Source: Desulfobulbaceae bacterium | Lineage (GTDB): Bacteria > Desulfobacterota > Desulfobulbia > Desulfobulbales > SURF-16 | Reading direction: 5' to 3' | Assembly (NCBI GenBank): GCA_027859235.1 | Contig: JAQIBE010000263.1 | Span: forward strand, 3,568 to 67,567 | DNA length: 64,000 nt | In this document: piece after piece, positions 19,864 through 29,725 of the stretch | Position numbering within the stretch: position 1 is the first letter of the stretch | Layout: the number at the start of each line of letters is the position of its first letter | The notes under the pieces: generated by a model | What the model saw: the letters and a program-made list of their open reading frames with translations, nothing else | What the model was told of the DNA's origin: nothing | Databases searched by the model: none | Translations under genes and position numbers: made by a program

Positions 19864-20466
19864 ATGGAAACCGAAGAGGCCATTACAAGCAGAAGAGCAG
19901 TAAAGCATTATGATCCGGAGTATACCATGGGCGAGGAGGAGAAACAGCTGTTGCTTGAGCTGGCCATGCATTCCCCCACCGCCTTTAATATTCAGAACTG
20001 GCGGTTTCTCGTGGTGGATGAGCCAAAACAGCGGCAACGGCTCTGCGAAGCGGCCGGGGGGCAGCAGCAGGTCCTGGATGCGTCAATGCTCATTGTCCTC
20101 TGTGCGGATCTGCAGGCATGGCAGAAGCAGCCTGAGCGCTATTGGCATAGTGCACCGCAAAAGGTGCAGGACTTTGTCCTGCCGGCCATACATGATTATT
20201 ATGCCGGTAAAGAGCAAACCATGCGGGATGAGGCCATGCGTTCCTGCGGCATTGCCGCCCAGACCCTGATGCTTGCCGCCACCTCCATGGGGTATGAGTC
20301 CTGTCCCATGGACGGTTTTTACTTTGACGAAGTGGCGCGGATTATAAATCTCCCTGCGGATCATATTGTGACGATGTTTGTGGTGATCGGCAAAGGGATA
20401 AAGGAACCGTGGGAACGTCCGGGGCAGCTGCCCCGGGAGGATGTTGTGGTGCAGGATAGGTTTTAG
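19864..20466 (+). CDS. nitroreductase family protein
   Basis: 200 aa with ITSRRAVKHYDPEY, SPTAFNIQNWRFLVV and a GYESCPMDGF motif. Confidence 0.85.
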   Translation: METEEAITSRRAVKHYDPEYTMGEEEKQLLLELAMHSPTAFNIQNWRFLVVDEPKQRQRLCEAAGGQQQVLDASMLIVLCADLQAWQKQPERYWHSAPQKVQDFVLPAIHDYYAGKEQTMRDEAMRSCGIAAQTLMLAATSMGYESCPMDGFYFDEVARIINLPADHIVTMFVVIGKGIKEPWERPGQLPREDVVVQDRF

Positions 20467-20639
20467 GGACGATTTCTTACCCCTTACTGGTCAAATTCTG
20501 AACAAAATGTCCTCGTGCGGTTGAAAAAGCAGGGTCAAGAACTTGGTGGGGAAGAAAACCCTTTTCCTCATGGGTGGATTACGTTACCTTTGCCCCCCCA
20601 TTTAAAAAAAACCGGGCAATTTTTCAAAGGAAGAGGATT

Positions 20640-22277
20640 ATGACTGAAGCCAGATACGGAATTGGCATTGATACAGGGGGGACCTACACGGATGGTGCCC
20701 TCATTAATCTTGCCGATCAAACGGTTGTCGCCACCGCTAAAAGTGCTACGACTCATTTTGATTTGAGCCACGGTATTGCCCTTTGTTTACGGGATTTATT
20801 CATAAATTCGGAGATTAAGCCGGCGGACATTGATCTTGTGGCGGTGTCAACTACCCTGGCAACCAATGCCGTTGTTGAATCAAAGGGCGATCGTGTCGGT
20901 CTTATTGTCGCCGGTTATGCGCGTCCTCTAGATCTGCCCGTGGTGTCGACCCTCTTTGTCGAAGGGGGTCATACCCTGCAGGGTGATGAGGAGAGACCTT
21001 TGGACCTGGATGCGGTGGTTCGTGCGGTGTCAGAACTCAAGGGCAATGTCGAATCCTATGTGGTTTGTTCGGCCATGTCCATTAAGAATCCCGCTCATGA
21101 GCAGGTAATGGCCAAGGCGGTATCCATGATTGATCCCTTGCCGGTCTTCATGTCCCATGAGGTTTCGTCAAGGGTGGGTGTTGCCGATCGGGCGGCAACA
21201 GCCGTGTTGAATGCCAGGCTGCGCCCGGTTATGGAGAGTTTTCTCCTGGGAATGCAGGATGCCCTGGTGACTCTCGGTATTGCCCGGAGGGTTATGATTA
21301 TTCGCGGTGATGCAACTGCGATGGATATTGTTGATACCCATCGCCAGGCGGCCTCCACCGTTGCCTCAGGGCCGGCTGCCACCGCCTGGTTTGGTCTGAG
21401 CTTTGCCCCGGCGCCAGATGCGGTTATTATTGATATCGGCGGCACGACAACGGATATCACCATGATTAAAGACGGTAAGCCGACCCTTACGGAAGATGGG
21501 AGTCTTATCGGCAAGTGGCAGACCCATGTTGATGCGGTGAAGATGTCCACCGTGGGCGCGGGCGGCGACAGTCATGCCCTTGTGGATCGGTATAACAAGC
21601 TGCAGGTCGGCCCGGATCGGGTGCTGCCGCTCTCCATGGCTGCTGCCACCTCGCCTGCTGACTGGCTTGGAGCAGGGTTGAAGTCGCGGCTGGTCACCAT
21701 TGCCCCTGATTTGACCGAGGAACAGGCCAAGCATGATCCCATCTTGGAGTTTCTTTTTAAGTCCGGCCCCCAGACCCCTGAGATGTTGAAGGAGGAGTTT
21801 GGGATGGGGGAATCCCTCCTTGCCAGTCATATCCGTGAGCTTGTCAAGGGGCAGCTGGCCTTTGAAACCGGCTTCACCCCCACCGATGCGTTGCATGTAT
21901 TGGCTGAGATTGAGCTTGGGGACGTGGGATCGGCTCTTGCCGGCGCCACGGTGCTTGGCGCGGAGCTGGGTCTCTCCCCTGAGGCCTTTGCCCGGGAGGT
22001 TCTGGATCAGTTGAGCCGTAAAATTGAGGTGGCGGTGCTGGATCACATCCTGGCCATTGAGACAGGTAAGACCCTGTCAGCCTTCTATCCCGATTATCGG
22101 AATAATGATGTGATTGCTATGGATTTCAGGGTTAAGCTGCCCTTTGTCGGGATCGGTGCGGTATCGAAATATATCCTGCCCCAGGTCGCCGAACGTCTGG
22201 GCACAACGGTTGTTTTTCCTGACCATTATGAGGTCGGCAATGCCCTTGGCGCTATTTTGATGGCGTCAACGTCTTAG
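20640..22277 (+). CDS. hydantoinase/oxoprolinase family protein
   Basis: The track ORF starts at 20574. The ATG at 20640 has GGAAGAGG upstream and gives MTEARYGIGIDTGGTYTDGA, the canonical Hydantoinase_A N-terminus. A second ATPase motif, IIDIGGTTTDI, is present. Confidence 0.8.
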   Translation: MTEARYGIGIDTGGTYTDGALINLADQTVVATAKSATTHFDLSHGIALCLRDLFINSEIKPADIDLVAVSTTLATNAVVESKGDRVGLIVAGYARPLDLPVVSTLFVEGGHTLQGDEERPLDLDAVVRAVSELKGNVESYVVCSAMSIKNPAHEQVMAKAVSMIDPLPVFMSHEVSSRVGVADRAATAVLNARLRPVMESFLLGMQDALVTLGIARRVMIIRGDATAMDIVDTHRQAASTVASGPAATAWFGLSFAPAPDAVIIDIGGTTTDITMIKDGKPTLTEDGSLIGKWQTHVDAVKMSTVGAGGDSHALVDRYNKLQVGPDRVLPLSMAAATSPADWLGAGLKSRLVTIAPDLTEEQAKHDPILEFLFKSGPQTPEMLKEEFGMGESLLASHIRELVKGQLAFETGFTPTDALHVLAEIELGDVGSALAGATVLGAELGLSPEAFAREVLDQLSRKIEVAVLDHILAIETGKTLSAFYPDYRNNDVIAMDFRVKLPFVGIGAVSKYILPQVAERLGTTVVFPDHYEVGNALGAILMASTS

Positions 22278-22278
22278 G

Positions 22279-22458
22279 ATGGGTGCTGGACCCCTTGATC
22301 CGGGTGAAGAGCTTGCTGAGTTGAAACTCAAGATCAGCCCAGAGTTGTTTCGGGCCTTTCAGCGCTGCAGTTGGATCATCATCCATGAAACAGGCCGAAC
22401 CCAGCTTGAGGTGATGCAGGAGATGGTGGAGGATTTTCTGGTGAAGCATGGGTGCTGA
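22279..22458 (+). CDS. small hypothetical protein (59 aa), possibly ribbon-helix-helix-like
   Basis: It falls below the 60-aa cutoff of the ORF track. The ATG at 22279 is 1 nt after the upstream TAG. It reads MGAGPLDPGEELAELKLKISPELFRAFQRCSWIIIHETGRTQLEVMQEMVEDFLVKHGC. An antisense 65-aa track ORF covers the same DNA. Confidence 0.4.
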   Translation: MGAGPLDPGEELAELKLKISPELFRAFQRCSWIIIHETGRTQLEVMQEMVEDFLVKHGC

Positions 22459-22485
22459 AATCTGCGGAAACCCTGGGCGGGATAG

Positions 22486-22680
22486 CCTGAGGGGTACTTT
22501 GAATAATTAGATTTTTCGGAGTCTACGCTTACCTGTTCAAGATCAAGGCATGCGAGAAAATTTACCGCAGGCATATATTTGATATCGGGGTCTTCACTTC
22601 GTTTCGCTTACCTCCGAGGATAAATTTTCGAGCATAACGCAGAGATTGGACGAAAAAGCAATTATTCAAGGTGGCCTGAG
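22486..22680. repeat. 195-bp intergenic element bounded by imperfect inverted repeats of about 30 bp (MITE-like or structured RNA)
   Basis: The left arm is CCTGAGGGGTACTTTGAATAATTAGATTTTTCG. The right arm is CGAAAAAGCAATTATTCAAGGTGGCCTGAG. Inside, CGCTTACCT occurs twice, and GAGAAAATTTAC and GATAAATTTTCGAG form an inverted pair. Confidence 0.5.
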
Positions 22681-22694
22681 ATTTTAAAGCAGGG

Positions 22695-23156
22695 TTACCA
22701 GCCCCAGAGCAGATCCCGTTTTACCCAGCCTTCAATGTTTTCCTCTTCGTGGCGGACCTTGGCCCATCCGGCTTTATGCTGCAATGTTTTAAGCACAACA
22801 CCCCGTTTCGCCTGGCGAATAATCTTATATCTCGTGCCGGCGCCGCTGCGGATATTGATGACCTTATTTTTCACCACAAAATGGGAAGACCGGTCAACGA
22901 GCTTCTTGTATACCCACCCCTTATCATTCTCAAAATCGACAACACGGTACCATTGGCCCTGGGTGCCAATCACCTTCAGTGGATAGCCGCGCCCAAGTTC
23001 CCAGACCACCTTAAAGTTGGAGCCGGGGCCGGAACGCATATTGATCATGTCGGCATTAACGGCCACCATCCTGGCTGATGCTGCGGTGGCAATACCCAGA
23101 AGGGTGAGAGTGAAAAAGAGGGTTGTGATGCGTTTGCGAATCATGCCAAGGTCCAT
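22695..23156 (-). CDS. secreted tandem SH3b (SH3_3) domain protein
   Basis: 153 aa with a signal peptide and two copies of the pattern N(M/I)RSG(P/A)G...(K/Y)(V/I)..........GW(Y/A)(R/K)V. Confidence 0.8.
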   Translation of the reverse strand: MDLGMIRKRITTLFFTLTLLGIATAASARMVAVNADMINMRSGPGSNFKVVWELGRGYPLKVIGTQGQWYRVVDFENDKGWVYKKLVDRSSHFVVKNKVINIRSGAGTRYKIIRQAKRGVVLKTLQHKAGWAKVRHEEENIEGWVKRDLLWGW

Positions 23157-23470
23157 ATCCTAATGATTTGAGAAAAGAAAATACAATTTACAGAGGGTGC
23201 TGGCAGCTGTCCAGTAAAAAGGTGGATGTTCTGACCTCTTATGTTCTAATGGACTGAATTTACTCTTGGTTTTATGAAGGTATGGCTTGTTTTTTCTTTC
23301 AAGGTTCAATGCTTTTATGCTGCCTGAATTGATTTCCGCCCCATTGTGAACATTTCACATGGACATGGTGAACTATCTGCCCCTTGTGCTGCGGTATAAA
23401 TATCTGACAGTTTTTATTCTGCTGATTGGTAGCATGCTGTCGGCAACAGGTGTTCGCCTTTTTTATAGGG

Positions 23471-24379
23471 TTACTTATTGATCTGCTGGCCCGGTTTTTT
23501 GGCTGTCTGGCGTATATCAGGGGAGTGTACTGGGATTCCACCAATTTGCAATTGAATGGCGCCGAATTGACATCCCTCGTGCATGCAGCGTAAGCAGGTG
23601 ATGCACTCACTGTCATTGGGGGATTCATTGAATTTGACGCCCATGGGACATACGGGGTGGCATTCGTTGCACTTGGTGCATTTGTCCTCGTCTAAAACAA
23701 GCTTGATCATCTTGGCATTTTTGAATAACCCATACCATGCCCCCAGGGGACAGGTGGTGCGGCAAAACGGTCTGGAGGCGATTATTGACCAGATGATAAA
23801 GGCGATCAAAATAACAAGCTTTGAATAGAAGAGGGTGCTGACAACACCCTGCAGGGAGGGCTGGAGCATTAGCATGGGAAGCCCTGCCTCCAATGTGCCG
23901 GCCGGGCAGATGAATTTGCAGAACCAGGGGGAGCCGAGTCCCATTTCACTGACGATGGTGAGGGGGAGAATGAAAACCGTGAGGCCAAGGATAGCGTATT
24001 TGAGAAAGCGTAAGACACGGGGGATGTTGAATTTTCTGGAGGGAATCTTATGGAGCATGTCCTGGAGAAAACCAAAGGGGCAGGCCCAGCCGCAGATCAT
24101 GCGTCCAAAGATTGAACCGAGAATGCCAAGGGCTCCCACCAGATACAGGGCCAGATAGGTCTGGCCGTTGGCCCAGCTCACCCGCACCGAGAGAAGCATT
24201 TGCTGGATGGCGCCAATGGGGCAGGACATGGCTGCTGCCGGGCAGGAATAACAGTTGAGCCCTGGTGAGCAGATAACCTTAAGAGGCCCCTGGTAGATAG
24301 ATTTAGTGAAGGGGAAGGCCCAGTAGCTGTTGGTGATGAAGAGAACCAGGACTTGAAACCACTTGCGATAAAATTCCAT
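23471..24379 (-). CDS. membrane-bound 4Fe-4S polyferredoxin (NapH/MauN-like)
   Basis: 302 aa with TM segments. It has CxxC clusters: NCYSCPAAAMSCP, CGWACP, CKFICPAG, and the ferredoxin motifs CTKCNECHPVCP and CITCLRC. Confidence 0.8.
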   Translation of the reverse strand: MEFYRKWFQVLVLFITNSYWAFPFTKSIYQGPLKVICSPGLNCYSCPAAAMSCPIGAIQQMLLSVRVSWANGQTYLALYLVGALGILGSIFGRMICGWACPFGFLQDMLHKIPSRKFNIPRVLRFLKYAILGLTVFILPLTIVSEMGLGSPWFCKFICPAGTLEAGLPMLMLQPSLQGVVSTLFYSKLVILIAFIIWSIIASRPFCRTTCPLGAWYGLFKNAKMIKLVLDEDKCTKCNECHPVCPMGVKFNESPNDSECITCLRCMHEGCQFGAIQLQIGGIPVHSPDIRQTAKKPGQQINK

Positions 24380-24388
24380 GGTAGTCTC

Positions 24389-24547
24389 CTAACCAATACC
24401 TATACAGCTGTAACAAATTCGCCATGCCTGTTCAAGGACTCTGGATGGTTCATCCAGGGAGAGACCAATGGAGAAAAGAACGAGGAATATGGCCAGGATA
24501 ATAAGGGGTAATTTATCTGCTTTAAAATGGGGGGCAATTCGTTTCAT
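24389..24547 (-). CDS. small membrane protein (52 aa), translationally coupled
   Basis: It is not in the track because it is under 60 aa. Its ATG overlaps the upstream TGA as ATGA at 24544-24547. It reads MKRIAPHFKADKLPLIILAIFLVLFSIGLSLDEPSRVLEQAWRICYSCIGIG and stops 9 nt before the polyferredoxin ATG. Confidence 0.45.
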   Translation of the reverse strand: MKRIAPHFKADKLPLIILAIFLVLFSIGLSLDEPSRVLEQAWRICYSCIGIG

Positions 24548-24864
24548 GAAGATGAGTTTGTTGAATTGTTGAGTAGGGATTGAACCCTGCGGGTTTTGTC
24601 ACCAATGGCCACGTCTCTATCCCGTCTGTCATCAATGGCTATCTGGGTCACAACCCGCTCGGCCCCTGCAGCAAAAGGGATATCATAAATAACCCTGACC
24701 AACCGGAGTAATTCGTCAATGTCGCCTTCGATGACTGTACCCATATCGGTAAGCTGGAATGTTGCCTTTTCCTCTGCAAGTTTTTGTTGTATCTGCGCAA
24801 CAAAGGAAGCCACAGAGGTGGATCCGGTGCCAAGGGGGATGGTGGTTATTTGGAGTAGGGCCAT
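24544..24864 (-). CDS. MTH1187/YkoF-family (DUF77) thiamine-binding-like protein
   Basis: 106 aa. MALLQITTIPLGTGSTSVASFVA...DMGTVIEGDIDELL is typical of the family. Confidence 0.8.
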   Translation of the reverse strand: MALLQITTIPLGTGSTSVASFVAQIQQKLAEEKATFQLTDMGTVIEGDIDELLRLVRVIYDIPFAAGAERVVTQIAIDDRRDRDVAIGDKTRRVQSLLNNSTNSSS

Positions 24865-25047
24865 GGTTTTTGCTCTGTTAAGGGTGAGAGTAATATAACT
24901 GTAATAACAGTTGTTGACTATATCAGGGTTTTTTGAGTTGTAACGGATAATATTCTCAAGGCGGATGAAACTGTTGTGATCCGCTGCAGGAAAATTTTAG
25001 GGGGAACAGGATTCAAGGGCAAGGGGCTTCTATTGCAGAGCTCATGT

Positions 25048-25596
25048 TCAGCCGGGCACAGTCATTATCTTTTGTAAGGCCTTAGTTTCAGCAATGAGAG
25101 ACTGGATGGTGAGCAGGGCCTCCGTCTGTTGTGTTGCTGAGAGGGTGTTGAAGTGGACCGCTAAAGATTGTAAACGGGTAATGTCCTCCTTGAGTGAATC
25201 GTTTGCCTGGGCAAATTTATTTACCACTGCCGGTTTAAGCTGCAGGGATAACCCTAACCTGTTTAATTGCCGCAGACAATGGCCACAGGTTGATCTTTCA
25301 AAAACCGTATCTGGTTCATCCTGTTCAACGATGGTGACAATATGGGCCATAATCTCCTTGAGCAGGTCGATGACTCCTGCACCGGATACCTTGTTTGCCG
25401 CAAGGTGACATAGCAGTTGTTGTGCCATGGCAACTAATCCTCTGGCATATCTTCTGCTGTGGCAGAAAACGTTGAGAATATCCATGGCAGCCCTGAGGTT
25501 TTCATTTCTTCTTGGGCTCAATGCCCAGTCCGGGGATAATGTCTCAGCCTTGAGGAGCTGGATGCTGTTTAGGAAGGATGGGTCGTTCTGGTCCAT
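25048..25596 (-). CDS. hypothetical protein
   Basis: 182-aa ORF with host-like composition. It is alpha-helical and I recognise no motif. Confidence 0.5.
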   Translation of the reverse strand: MDQNDPSFLNSIQLLKAETLSPDWALSPRRNENLRAAMDILNVFCHSRRYARGLVAMAQQLLCHLAANKVSGAGVIDLLKEIMAHIVTIVEQDEPDTVFERSTCGHCLRQLNRLGLSLQLKPAVVNKFAQANDSLKEDITRLQSLAVHFNTLSATQQTEALLTIQSLIAETKALQKIMTVPG

Positions 25597-25696
25597 AACT
25601 TTATGTTGTAATGGTGTATTTTCATTTATAAAAAGGGTATATTATGATTTCTTTTTGCCCATTACCCCTCTTTGCTTAGGAGATATGTAAGAAAAA

Positions 25697-26476
25697 ATGG
25701 ATATTTTTGCTATTGAAATTATTGTTTTTCTTTATGGGGCCATTGTCGGCAGTTTCCTCAATGTTGTTATTCTGAGACTTCCTGAAGAGGGGGCTTCGGT
25801 GATTTTCCCTGCGTCCCATTGCCCCCAATGCCAGACGAGTCTGTCTTGGTATGAGAATATCCCCGTGTTGAGTTATATCGTCCTGAGGGGGAGGTGCCGG
25901 ACGTGCAGGACCCATATCTCCATACAATACCCCTTGGTTGAACTGGCAATGGGTGTGCTTGCTGTTCTGCTTATGGAGAAGTTTACACTAAGTGCTGCCT
26001 TTTTCATTTACTTTGCCTATGTGGCGGCCCTGCTTGTTATTATTGTGATTGATCTGTATCACCAGATTATTCCAGATGTAATTAGCCTGCCCGGCATCCT
26101 CTATGGCCTTCTTGCCTCATTTGTTCTGCCTTGGGTCTCGTGGCAGGACTCGCTTATCGGCCTTCTGGCCGGTGGTGGGACTTTTTATCTAATTGCCCTG
26201 TGTTATTATCTTATAACCAAGAGGCAGGGGATGGGGGGAGGAGATATCAAGCTCCTTGCCATGATTGGTGCCCTGCAGGGCTGGCAGGCGCTGCCCTTTG
26301 TTATTTTCTGCAGCTCATTACTCGGTTCCGTGATAGGCATCGGTGCCATGGTTGTTCAGAAAAAGGGTGGACAATCGAGGATTCCTTACGGGCCTTTTCT
26401 GGCTGTAGCCAGTTTGCTCTATCTCTTTTTTGATCAACAGATCTTGCATTATATGCAGTTATACTTCGGCGGATAG
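25697..26476 (+). CDS. pilD: prepilin peptidase / N-methyltransferase (A24 family)
   Basis: 259 aa with GSFLNVVILRLPE, the CPQC...RGRCRTC zinc motif, and GGGDIKLLAMIGA carrying the catalytic Asp. Confidence 0.93.
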   Translation: MDIFAIEIIVFLYGAIVGSFLNVVILRLPEEGASVIFPASHCPQCQTSLSWYENIPVLSYIVLRGRCRTCRTHISIQYPLVELAMGVLAVLLMEKFTLSAAFFIYFAYVAALLVIIVIDLYHQIIPDVISLPGILYGLLASFVLPWVSWQDSLIGLLAGGGTFYLIALCYYLITKRQGMGGGDIKLLAMIGALQGWQALPFVIFCSSLLGSVIGIGAMVVQKKGGQSRIPYGPFLAVASLLYLFFDQQILHYMQLYFGG

Positions 26477-26738
26477 TTCATTGTTTACTGTTCAAGGTTA
26501 CCCTCTTTCTGACGGGTAACCGCAAACCTATGTCTGTCTGTGAATATCGATATTCTCCGGTTCTCTATGTTAAGGAAACCGGCTTGCCGCTGGTAGTTGT
26601 TTAGCCCGAGTTGAGTAAATTGTTTTTTTTACTTGCGTAACTGGGTGAATTTATCCGAGTATTTCTTGACACTCTTTTTTCTGACGTGTAAATAACTAAA
26701 AATAGTAATTATTATTAATTAATACGCGGGTAAGAAAT

Positions 26739-26945
26739 ATGCTGTATTCTGTGTATTCCTTTTATCGGAATGGTTTTCGCAGCATGACAGTGGGAAAACG
26801 GCTTTGGCTCATCATAGCATTAAAGTTATTTGTCATGTTTGGGGTGCTGAAGGTGTTTTACTTCCCCAACTATCTAAATACTCAGTTTGATACAGATCAT
26901 GAAAGGACCAACCATGTGATTGAGCAGATCACCATGGTACGTTAG
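26739..26945 (+). CDS. DUF4492-like small membrane protein preceding cydAB
   Basis: 68 aa. FYRNGFRSMTVGKRLWLIIALKLFVMFGVLK and its position just upstream of cydA match my recollection of DUF4492. Confidence 0.65.
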   Translation: MLYSVYSFYRNGFRSMTVGKRLWLIIALKLFVMFGVLKVFYFPNYLNTQFDTDHERTNHVIEQITMVR

Positions 26946-27020
26946 TGGTTAGTCCAGAAACCGGCGGTGAGTTGCAATGGGTTGGGATATGGCGCCCTCT
27001 TGTAACTTTTCACAAAAAAA

Positions 27021-28571
27021 ATGAAGGAGGGAGTGATGGTTGAACAGATTGATTTTTCGCAGGTGAACTGGGCCCGGGCCCAATTTGCCCTGACTGCGAT
27101 GTATCATTGGATCTTTGTACCATTGACATTGGGGCTGTCGGTTTTGCTCGCATTTTTTGAAACGATCTATGTCAAGACCGGCAATGAAGCGTGGAAGCGG
27201 TTAACAAAATTCTGGATGACACTCTTTGCCATTAATTTTGCCATTGGTGTGGCTACCGGCATTATTCTGGAGTTTCAGTTTGGCACAAACTGGTCAAATT
27301 ATTCCTGGATCGTTGGTGATATCTTTGGCGCCCCCCTGGCCATTGAAGGTATTTTCGCCTTTTTCCTTGAAGCAACCTTTTTTGCCATGATGTTTTTCGG
27401 CTGGGACCGGGTTTCAAAGGGAATGCATCTCTTTTCAACGTGGATGGTGGCTATTGGTGCAAACCTCTCTGCCCTGTGGATTCTTGTCGCCAATGGCTGG
27501 ATGCAGAATCCTGTGGGCATGGAATTCAACCCTGACACGGCCCGTTTTGAAATGGTCAACTTTGCCGAAATTATTTTTAACCCTGTTGCGGTTTCCAAAT
27601 TCACCCACACCACAAGTTCAGGTTTTTTACTGGCCTGTCTCTTTGTGGTGGGCGTTTCTTCATGGTACCTCATGAAGGGGCGTCATCAGCTCATGGCAAA
27701 GCGTTCAATTGTTGTTGCCTCTGTATTCGGGGTCATTGCCGCAGCCTATGTCGGCTTTTCAGGTGATGAGGCGGCCTACGAGGTGAGTCAGCAGCAGCCC
27801 ATGAAGCTTGCGGCCATGGAGGGGTTATATGAAGGTGAGGTCAATGCCGGTCTCGTTGCCCTGGGTGTGATCAATTCTAAGAAGATTGCTGGTGATACCC
27901 AGGAACCATTCATCTTTTCCGTAAAGATCCCTTATGCCTTGTCCCTTCTTGCCAATCGCGAGCTGGGTTCTTTTGTGCCCGGTATTGATGATCTGGTCTT
28001 TGGTAATGAGGAGCAGGGGATCGAGAGTGGAGCCAGTCGTATTGCCAAAGGCAAGCAGGCCATTGCCGCCCTGGCCGCCTATAAAGAGGCGCGGAATAAT
28101 CATGATGACGTGGCAAGTCAGCAGGCCCTGGGTCAGTTTGACGCCTATAAGTCCAACCTTGGTTACGGCTATCTGGAGTCAGGTGCTGATGCTGTTCCCC
28201 CTGTGGCCACAACCTTTTATGCCTTTCATATCATGGTGGCACTTGGCACCTTGTTCCCGCTGATCTTCATAGTTCTCCTCTACTATATCTATAAGGGTGA
28301 GCTTGAAAATGCGGGGTGGCTCCATATTGTCGGGTTGTGCTGTATTCCCCTGGCCTGGATTGCCTCTGAGACTGGCTGGGTTGTTGCCGAAGTTGGGCGT
28401 CAGCCCTGGGCTATTCAGGGACTCTTGCCGGTGCAGGTGGCCAACACGAATTTGACAACCGGCACCATCCAGACCACGTTCTTCATGTTTCTCTTTTTGT
28501 TTACCCTGCTTATTATTGCCGAGTTTAAGATCATGTTGACCCAAATTAAAAAAGGCCCGGAGGAAGACTAA
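27021..28571 (+). CDS. cydA: cytochrome bd ubiquinol/menaquinol oxidase subunit I
   Basis: 516 aa with WARAQFALTAMYHWIFVPLTLG, a Q-loop region and GWVVAEVGRQPWAIQG. Confidence 0.96.
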   Translation: MKEGVMVEQIDFSQVNWARAQFALTAMYHWIFVPLTLGLSVLLAFFETIYVKTGNEAWKRLTKFWMTLFAINFAIGVATGIILEFQFGTNWSNYSWIVGDIFGAPLAIEGIFAFFLEATFFAMMFFGWDRVSKGMHLFSTWMVAIGANLSALWILVANGWMQNPVGMEFNPDTARFEMVNFAEIIFNPVAVSKFTHTTSSGFLLACLFVVGVSSWYLMKGRHQLMAKRSIVVASVFGVIAAAYVGFSGDEAAYEVSQQQPMKLAAMEGLYEGEVNAGLVALGVINSKKIAGDTQEPFIFSVKIPYALSLLANRELGSFVPGIDDLVFGNEEQGIESGASRIAKGKQAIAALAAYKEARNNHDDVASQQALGQFDAYKSNLGYGYLESGADAVPPVATTFYAFHIMVALGTLFPLIFIVLLYYIYKGELENAGWLHIVGLCCIPLAWIASETGWVVAEVGRQPWAIQGLLPVQVANTNLTTGTIQTTFFMFLFLFTLLIIAEFKIMLTQIKKGPEED

Positions 28572-28572
28572 A

Positions 28573-29712
28573 ATGATAGGGAATTTGGATTACTCGACAC
28601 TGCAGCAGTTGTGGTGGCTTATTACTTCAGTTGTTGGTTCATTGTTTGTCTTTCTCCTTTTTGTGCAGGGCGGACAATCCATGCTCTTTACCTTGCCCCA
28701 CTCCGCTGAGGAAAAGAGTTTAATAGTCAACTCCATTGGCCGTAAATGGGAGATGACGTTTACCACGCTGGTGCTTTTCGGGGGGGCGCTCTTTGCGGCC
28801 TTCCCGAAGTTTTACGCCACCAGTTTTGGCGGGGCGTACTGGGTGTGGATGCTGATTCTCTTCACCTTTATTATTCAGGCCGTATCCTACGAGTATCGTT
28901 CAAAGCCCAATAATTTTTTGGGCACCAGAACCTATGATCTCTTCCTCTTTATTAATGGCACAGTGGGCGTGCTTCTCATTGGTGCTGCAGTAGGAACATT
29001 TTTTACCGGGGCAGACTTTGCCCTGAATGAATATAATTCGGTGACATGGCAAACTCCGACCCGGGGTCTTGAGGCGGCGTCAAACCTGTTCAATCTCTCC
29101 TTCGGACTGTTTCTGGTCTTTCTGGGCCGGACCCTTGGCGGGATGTATCTCGTGAATAATATTCGCCATGCCGCTTTAAATGCCAGGAGCCGCAAATCAG
29201 TCTTGATCAATTTCCTGATCATGCTGCCGTTTCTGCTCTTTGTGGTGCTCAGTCTCGTCACCATGGACGGGTATGCGTTAAACCCTGAAACCTCTGAAAT
29301 ATTCATGGAGAAGGGGAAGTATCTGCACAATCTGTTGTCCATGCCGTTGCTCCTGGTCTTCCTCCTGGCAGGGCTCGGCCTTGTAATTTACGGTGTGGTG
29401 GCCACCTGCTTTAAAAACTCCGACCGGGGTATTTGGTTTGCAGGGGTTGGTACCGTGCTCACGGCCCTGGCCATTTTCCTTACAGCTGGCTATGGCAACA
29501 CCGCTTTTTATCCATCCTATGCCGACCTGCAGTCAAGTTTGACGATCTATAATGCCTCTTCGTCCAAGTTTACCCTGACGGTGATGAGCTATGTCGGTCT
29601 GGGTATTCCTTTTGTGCTGGCCTATGTTGCCTATGTCTGGAAGCTCATGGATAATAAGAAGATGGATGTGAATGAGTTAATCAACAGTGAAAGTGCTGAA
29701 GAATTCTATTAA
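28573..29712 (+). CDS. cydB: cytochrome bd oxidase subunit II
   Basis: 379 aa, polytopic. It starts 2 nt after the cydA stop and has typical CydB hydrophobic architecture. Confidence 0.92.
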   Translation: MIGNLDYSTLQQLWWLITSVVGSLFVFLLFVQGGQSMLFTLPHSAEEKSLIVNSIGRKWEMTFTTLVLFGGALFAAFPKFYATSFGGAYWVWMLILFTFIIQAVSYEYRSKPNNFLGTRTYDLFLFINGTVGVLLIGAAVGTFFTGADFALNEYNSVTWQTPTRGLEAASNLFNLSFGLFLVFLGRTLGGMYLVNNIRHAALNARSRKSVLINFLIMLPFLLFVVLSLVTMDGYALNPETSEIFMEKGKYLHNLLSMPLLLVFLLAGLGLVIYGVVATCFKNSDRGIWFAGVGTVLTALAIFLTAGYGNTAFYPSYADLQSSLTIYNASSSKFTLTVMSYVGLGIPFVLAYVAYVWKLMDNKKMDVNELINSESAEEFY

Positions 29713-29725
29713 TGAGGATTGGACT

